This document shows positions 53,937 through 64,000 of a stretch of 64,000 nt of DNA, one piece after another (the first letter of the stretch is position 1; each line of letters opens with the position of its first letter). The notes beneath the pieces were generated by a model. It did not search any database. It was given only the letters and a program-made list of their open reading frames with translations, and was not told the origin of the DNA. This stretch comes from the human T2T-CHM13v2.0 reference genome, Homo sapiens. Made by a program: the position numbers and the translations under genes. The DNA is taken from NCBI RefSeq assembly GCF_009914755.1, contig NC_060948.1. One strand, 5' to 3'.

Positions 53937-54228
53937 TTTTTTTTTAGACAGAATCTTGTCCTGTTGCACAGGGTGGGGTACAATGGCGCCATCTTTGCTC
54001 ACTGCAACTTCTGCCTCACGGGACCAAGCGATTGTCCTCCCTCAGCCTCCCAGGTAGCTGGGACTACACCACACTGGGACTACACCAGCTGCCACCATGC
54101 CTAGCTAATTTTTTGGATTTTTAGTAGTGACAGCCTTTCACTGTATTGGCCAGGATGGTCTTGATCTCTTCACCTTGTGATCCCCTTGCCTTGGCCTCCA
54201 AATTTGCTGGGATTACAGGCCTGAGCCA
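53937..54228 (-). mobile_element. Alu in DYZ2 unit 23
   Basis: Near-identical copy of 774-1065. Confidence 0.93.
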
Positions 54229-56324
54229 AGATCCATATTTTTTAAATGAAAAAAAATTTCAAAGGTACTCTGCTTGGTACAATAATCAAATGTATAAACT
54301 GAGGAATAAAACATAAGCATGAAACCTACTTATAACTGCATATGGAAAATACAGAGGATAATTTTTTAAATAACATATTTTGAAAGCCTTAACTAGTAAT
54401 TTGAAGAGTTGGCATTTGAAAGGCCAGTATGAATATACCTTCAAAGCAGCAACACAGGTTCCCCATGAGAAAAAGCAAACACAGGGAAAATAAAAACACA
54501 AAGGTTCAATCTCTTCTGACCTTTGAAAGACACAGCACAGACAGTGGTCCTTAGGACGAAGAGCAGGAGACCCCTAATTCCGTCACCATGGCGATAGGGC
54601 ATAAACATTGCTGGGTGAGGGCACAATCCACATTGTGAGGTCCAACTGCTGCCAGGAAGACAGGAGTGCTTTTACATAGACCGAAAGGTCATTGAAGGCT
54701 CAGAGTTTTGTTTCAAGAACTGAATCCCAAGCCCACACGTTATTAGGCTGCGCTTCTTAAAACAAGTTATGAGATGGGAAAAAGGGCACCCACAAACATA
54801 CGTATACATTATGTATATAATAATATAGAGTGTCATATATATAATATATATAACCTATGTATAATATTGTTTTACATCCTGCATCTTATGTTATATATAT
54901 CGTATAAAATATAATAATTGATAATATATGTTTTATAATTATACAATATGACATATAGTATATATTATAATTAATGACATATATAATATATGTTATATGT
55001 CATATATAGAATATATTATACGGTTAATATACGTGTTAAATATAAATTATACATTATATATATTATATATAATATATCTGTTATATATAATACCCATTAT
55101 GCATAATATATATATTATGTCTATGTTATATATAGTATAAAACAACATATAATAATATATAATTGTATATATAAAATGCGACATATAATATATATTATAT
55201 TTTATAACATATGTAATATATATTATATATAATACGTTGTATGTATAATACCTATATTAAATATATATTATATGACTATGTTATTAATTACATGTCACAT
55301 GTGTTATATATTATATATTTTACATAGAATATACCGGTTACATACAATATATACTATGTTACCTATAATGTATAATTTATTACATGTAAAATAAAGAATG
55401 CAATATATTATGTATAATTTATAATATACCATATGTGGAATGTGATATATATAACATATAATATATGATATATGATATACAGTATATGATATATAACATA
55501 CAATATATGATTCCTAATATATATGGTATACAATATATATTTTATGATATGTATTCTATATGTTTTATATTCTGTTATATATAACTATTTGAAATTATAT
55601 ATAACTGTATAATATTTTATGTAAATATGTAATATAATATATATAACTATATAATATACTATATATAACTATATATTATGTTATATATACTTTTATAACA
55701 TAATTTACATAAAATATCATAATATAATATATATTATATTATTTCATATTACATAATATATATTACATATCACCCAATATAACTAACATACATAATATTA
55801 TAATATAGATTATATTGTGTTATATTAAATATCATATATATCATGTATCATATATTCTATAATATATATTACACATTATATAATATGTATGTTGTCTATT
55901 ATGTGATATATATAACTCTATATATAATTATATTTTTATACATATAACTAGATAAACATGTAATTCTACATATTTTCATTTATAATATGTAGAATTATAT
56001 AATCATATATAATTATTTATATTCTGTAAAAAATTTTATCATTCTATAAATTATAATATATAAAAATTATAATATGTACTACAAATATATATATTATATA
56101 TCATATATGATATAGTACCTTTGTTATATATCATAATACATATAAATGTGTATTATGTTATCTATAATTATATAATTTCATATATAAGATGTATAATATG
56201 TATCATATATTATATATGTTATGTAATATATATAGTATATATAAGATGACACAGGATAAATATTATATACTATGACATATAAAATATATGAGGTTATATG
56301 TTACATATAAGGCATAGCACATAA

Positions 56325-56639
<315 letters not shown>

Positions 56640-58767
56640 AGATCCATATTTTTTAAATGAAAAAAAATTTCAAAGGTACTCTGCTTGGTACAATAATCAA
56701 ATGTATAAACTGAGGAATAAAACATAACCATGAAACCTACTTATAACTGCATATGGAAAATACAGAGGATAATTTTTTAAATAACATATTTTGAAAGCCT
56801 TAACTAGTAATTTGAAGAGTTGGCATTTGAAAGGCCAGTATGAATATACCTTCAAAGCAGCAACACAGGTTCCCCATGAGAAAAAGCAAACACAGGGAAA
56901 ATAAAAACACAAAGGTTCAATCTCTTCTGACCTTTGAAAGACACAGCACAGACAGTGGTCCTTAGGACGAAGAGCAGGAGACCCCTAATTCCGTCACCAT
57001 GGCGATAGGGCATAAACATTGCTGGGTGAGGGCACAATCCACATTGTGAGGTCCAACTGCTGCCAGGAAGACAGGAGTGCTTTTACATAGACCGAAAGGT
57101 CATTGAAGGCTCAGAGTTTTGTTTCAAGAACTGAATCCCAAGCCCACACGTTATTAGGCTGCGCTTCTTAAAACAAGTTATGAGATGGGAAAAAGGGCAC
57201 CCACAAACATACGTATACATTATGTATATAATAATATAGAGTGTCATATATATAATATATATAACCTATGTATAATATTGTTTTACATCCTGCATCTTAT
57301 GTTATATATATCGTATAAAATATAATAATTGATAATATATAAGTTTTATAATTATACAATATGACATATAGTATATATTATAATTTATGACATATATAAT
57401 ATATGTTATATATCATATATAGAATATATTATAGGGTTAATATACGTATTAAATATAAATTATACATTATATATATTATATATACTATATCTGTTATATA
57501 TAATACACATTATGCATAATATATATATTATGTCTATGTTATATATAGTATAAAACAACATATAATAATATATAATTGTATATATAAAATGCGACATATA
57601 ATATATATTATATTTTATAACATATGTAATATATATTATATATTATATATAATACGTTGTATGTATAATACCTATATTAAATATATATTATATGACTATG
57701 TTATTAATTACATGTCACATGTGTTATATATTATATATTTTACATAGAATATACCGGTTACATACAATATATACTATGTTACCTATAATGTATAATTTAT
57801 TACATGTAAAATAAAGAATGCAATATATTATGTATAATTTATAATATACCATATGTGGAATGTGATATATATAACATATAATATATGATATATGATATAC
57901 AGTATATGATATATAACATACAATATATGATTCCTAATATATATGGTATACAATATATATTTTATGATATGTATTCTATATGTTTTATATTCTGTTATAT
58001 ATAACTATTTGAAATTATATATAACTGTATAATATTTTATGTAAATATGTAATATAATATATATAACTATATAATATACTATATATAACTATATATTATG
58101 TTATATATACTTTTATAACATAATTTACATAAAATATCATAATATAATATATATTATATTATTTCATATTACATAATATATATTACATATCACCCAATAT
58201 AACTAACATACATAATATTATAATATAGATTATATTGTGTTATATTAAATATCATATATATCATGTATCATATATTCTATAATATATATTACACATTATA
58301 TAATATGTATGTTGTCTATTATGTGATATATATAACTATATATATAATTATATTTTTATACATATAACTAGATAAACATGTAATTCTACATATTTTCATT
58401 TATAATATGTAGAATTATATAATCATATATAATTATTTATATTCTATAAAAAATTTTATCATTCTATAAATTATAATATATAAAAATTATAATATGTACT
58501 ACAAATATATATATTATATATCATATATGATATAGTACCTTTGTTATATATCATAATACATATAAATGTGTATTATGTTATCTATAATTATATAATTTCA
58601 TATATAAGATGTATAATATGTATCATATATTATATATGTTATGTAATATATATAGTATATATAAGATGACACAGGATAAATATTATATACTATGACATAT
58701 AAAATATATGAGGTTATATGTTACATATAAGGCATAGCACATAACATGTAATATATATCATATATAA

Positions 58768-59059
58768 TTTTTTTTTAGACAGAGTCTTGTCCTGTTGCAC
58801 AGGGTGGGGTACAATGGCGCCATCTTTGCTCACTGCAACTTCTGCCTCACGGGACCAAGCGATTGTCCTCCCTCAGCCTCCCAGGTAGCTGGGACTACAC
58901 CACACTGGGACTACACCAGCTGCCACCATGCCTAGCTAATTTTTTGGATTTTTAGTAGTGACAGCCTTTCACTGTATTGGCCAGGATGGTCTTGATCTCT
59001 TCACCTTGTGATCCCCTTGCCTTGGCCTCCAAATTTGCTGGGATTACAGGCCTGAGCCA
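58768..59059 (-). mobile_element. Alu in DYZ2 unit 25
   Basis: Near-identical copy of 774-1065. Confidence 0.93.
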
Positions 59060-61178
59060 AGATCCATATTTTTTAAATGAAAAAAAATTTCAAAGGTACT
59101 CTGCTTGGTACAATAATCAAATGTATAAACTGAGGAATAAAACATAACCATGAAACCTACTTATAACTGCATATGGAAAATACAGAGGATAATTTTTTAA
59201 ATAACATATTTTGAAAGCCTTAACTAGTAATTTGAAGAGTTGGCATTTGAAAGGCCAGTATGAATATACCTTCAAAGCAGCAACACAGGTTCCCCATGAG
59301 AAAAAGCAAACACAGGGAAAATAAAAACACAAAGGTTCAATCTCTTCTGACCTTTGAAAGACACAGCACAGACAGTGGTCCTTAGGACGAAGAGCAGGAG
59401 ACCCCTAATTCCGTCACCATGGCGATAGGGCATAAACATTGCTGGGTGAGGGCACAATCCACATTGTGAGGTCCAACTGCTGCCAGGAAGACAGGAGTGC
59501 TTTTACATAGACCGAAAGGTCATTGAAGGCTCAGAGTTTTGTTTCAAGAACTGAATCCCAAGCCCACACGTTATTAGGCTGCGCTTCTTAAAACAAGTTA
59601 TGAGATGGGAAAAAGGGCACCCACAAACATACGTATACATTATGTATATAATAATATACAGTGTCATATATATAATATATATAACCTATGTATAATATTG
59701 TTTTACATCCTGCATCTTATGTTATATATATTGTATAAAATATAATAATTGATAATATATGTTTTATAATTATACAATATGACATATAGTATATATTATA
59801 ATTAATGACATATATAATATATGTTATATGTCATATATAGAATATATTATACGGTTAATATACGTGTTAAATATAAATTATACATTATATATATTATATA
59901 TAATATATCTGTTATATATAATACCCATTATGCATAATATATATATTATGTCTATGTTATATATAGTATAAAACAACATATAATAATATATAATTGTATA
60001 TATAAAATGCGACATATAATATATATTATATTTTATAACATATGTAATATATATTATATATAATACGTTGTATGTATAATACCTATATTAAATATATATT
60101 ATATGACTATGTTATTAATTACATGTCACATGTGTTATATATTATATATTTTACATAGAATATACCGGTTACATACAATATATACTATGTTACCTATAAT
60201 GTATAATTTATTACATGTAAAATAAAGAATGCAATATATTATGTATAATTTATAATATACCATATGTGGAATGTGATATATATAACATATAATATATGAT
60301 ATATGATATACAGTATATGATATATAACATACAATATATGATTCCTAATATATATGGTATACAATATATATTTTATGATATGTATTCTATATGTTTTATA
60401 TTCTGTTATATATAACTATTTGAAATTATATATAACTGTATAATATTTTATGTAAATATGTAATATAATATATATAACTATATAATATACTATATATAAC
60501 TATATATTATGTTATATATACTTTTATAACATAATTTACATAAAATATCATAATATAATATATATTATATTATTTCATATTACATAATATATATTACATA
60601 TCACCCAATATAACTAACATACATAATATTATAATATAGATTATATTGTGTTATATTAAATATCATATATATCATGTATCATATATTCTATAATATATAT
60701 TACACATTATATAATATGTATGTTGTCTATTATGTGATATATATAACTATATATATAATTATATTTTTATACATATAACTAGATAAACATGTAATTCTAC
60801 ATATTTTCATTTATAATATGTAGAATTATATAATCATATATAATTATTTATATTCTATAAAAAATTTTATCATTCTATAAATTATAATATATAAAAATTA
60901 TAATATGTACTACAAATATATATATTATATATCATATATGATATAGTACCTTTGTTATATATCATAATACATATAAATGTGTATTATGTTATCTATAATT
61001 ATATAATTTCATATATAAGATGTATAATATGTATCATATATTATATATGTTATGTAATATATATAGTATATATAAGATGACACAGGATAAATATTATATA
61101 CTATGACATATAAAATATATGAGGTTATATGTTACATATAAGGCATAGCACATAACATGTAATATATATCATATATAA

Positions 61179-61470
61179 TTTTTTTTTAGACAGAATCTTG
61201 TCCTGTTGCACAGGGTGGGGTACAATGGCGCCATCTTTGCTCACTGCAACTTCTGCCTCACGGGACCAAGCGATTGTCCTCCCTCAGCCTCCCAGGTAGC
61301 TGGGACTACACCACACTGGGACTACACCAGCTGCCACCATGCCTAGCTAATTTTTTGGATTTTTAGTAGTGACAGCCTTTCACTGTATTGGCCAGGATGG
61401 TCTTGATCTCTTCACCTTGTGATCCCCTTGCCTTGGCCTCCAAATTTGCTGGGATTACAGGCCTGAGCCA
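61179..61470 (-). mobile_element. Alu in DYZ2 unit 26
   Basis: Near-identical copy of 774-1065. Confidence 0.93.
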
Positions 61471-63564
61471 AGATCCATATTTTTTAAATGAAAAAAAATT
61501 TCAAAGGTACTCTGCTTGGTACAATAATCAAATGTATAAACTGAGGAATAAAACATAACCATGAAACCTACTTATAACTGCATATGGAAAATACAGAGGA
61601 TAATTTTTTAAATAACATATTTTGAAAGCCTTAACTAGTAATTTGAAGAGTTGGCATTTGAAAGGCCAGTATGAATATACCTTCAAAGCAGCAACACAGG
61701 TTCCCCATGAGAAAAAGCAAACACAGGGAAAATAAAAACACAAAGGTTCAATCTCTTCTGACCTTTGAAAGACACAGCACAGACAGTGGTCCTTAGGACG
61801 AAGAGCAGGAGACCCCTAATTCCGTCACCATGGCGATAGGGCATAAACATTGCTGGGTGAGGGCACAATCCACATTGTGAGGTCCAACTGCTGCCAGGAA
61901 GACAGGAGTGCTTTTACATAGACCGAAAGGTCATTGAAGGCTCAGAGTTTTGTTTCAAGAACTGAATCCCAAGCCCACACGTTATTAGGCTGCGCTTCTT
62001 AAAACAAGTTATGAGATGGGAAAAAGGGCACCCACAAACATACGTATACATTATGTATATAATAATATACGGTGTCATATATATAATATATATAACCTAT
62101 GTATAATATTGTTTTACATCCTGCATCTTATGTTATATATATTGTATAAAATATAATAATTGATAATATATGTTTTATAATTATACAATATGACATATAG
62201 TATATATTATAATTAATGACATATATAATATATGTTATATGTCATATATAGAATATATTATACGGTTAATATACGGTTAAATATAAATTATACATTATAT
62301 ATATTATATATAATATATCTGTTATATATAATACCCATTATGCATAATATATATATTATGTCTATGTTATATATAGTATAAAACAACATATAATAATATA
62401 TAATTGTATATATAAAATGCGACATATAATATATATTATATTTTATAACATATGTAATATATATTATATATAATACGTTGTATGTATAATACCTATATTA
62501 AATATATATTATATGACAATATTATTAATTACATGTCACATGTGTTATATATTATATATTTTACATAGAATATACCGGTTACATACAATATATACTATGT
62601 TACCTATAATGTATAATTTATTACATGTAAAATAAAGAATGCAATATATTATGTATAATTTATAATATACCATATGTGGAATGTGATATATATAACATAT
62701 AATATATGATATATGATATACAGTATATGATATATAACATACAATATATGATTCCTAATATATATGGTATACAATATATATTTTATGATATGTATTCTAT
62801 ATGTTTTATATTCTGTTATATATAACTATTTGAAATTATATATAACTGTATAATATTTTATGTAAATATGTAATATAATATATATAACTATATAATATAC
62901 TATATATAACTATATATTATGTTATATATACTTTTATAACATAATTTACATAAAATATCATAATATAATATATATTATATTATTTCATATTACATAATAT
63001 ATATTACATATCACCCAATATAACTAACATACATAATATTATAATATAGATTATATTGTGTTATATTAAATATCATATATATCATGTATCATATATTCTA
63101 TAATATATATTACACATTATATAATATGTATGTTGTCTATTATGTGATATATATAACTCTATATATAATTATATTTTTATACATATAACTAGATAAACAT
63201 GTAATTCTACATATTTTCATTTATAATATGTAGAATTATATAATCATATATAATTATTTATATTCTATAAAAATTTTATCATTCTATAAATTATAATATA
63301 TAAAAATTATAATATGTACTACAAATATATATATTATATATCATATATGATATAGTACCTTTGTTATATATCATAATACATATAAATGTGTATTATGTTA
63401 TCTATAATTATATAATTTCATATATAAGATGTATAATATGTATCATATATTATATATGTTATGTAATATATATAGTATATATAAGATGACACAGGATAAA
63501 TATTATATACTATGACATATAAAATATATGAGGTTATATGTTACATATAAGGCATAGCACATAA

Positions 63565-63879
<315 letters not shown>

Positions 63880-64000
63880 AGATCCATATTTTTTAAATGA
63901 AAAAAAATTTCAAAGGTACTCTGCTTGGTACAATAATCAAATGTATAAACTGAGGAATAAAACATAACCATGAAACCTACTTATAACTGCATATGGAAAA

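Overview
The whole 64-kb window is one uninterrupted head-to-tail tandem array of a ~2.41-2.42 kb composite unit (26 full periods plus partial ends, 27 Alu copies, all in one orientation). Each unit is a ~290-bp diverged, 5'-truncated Alu on the minus strand, a ~575-bp moderately GC-rich segment (HSATI-type) and ~1.55 kb of degenerate AT-rich sequence. Unit size, architecture and a predicted ~2.14-kb HaeIII fragment match human DYZ2/HSat1B satellite, most likely Yq12 heterochromatin (recognised from knowledge, not a database search). No credible protein-coding or RNA gene is present; the ORFs are recurrent by-products of the repeat. I find no new biological system. The informative signal is in variants between copies: two homogenised dimer-type higher-order domains, a ~3-unit block duplicated 16,932 bp away, a diverged transition zone, recombinant units, a conversion-like patch and a variant spectrum with CpG gains but no CpG decay that I could see. 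All copy comparisons were made by eye.
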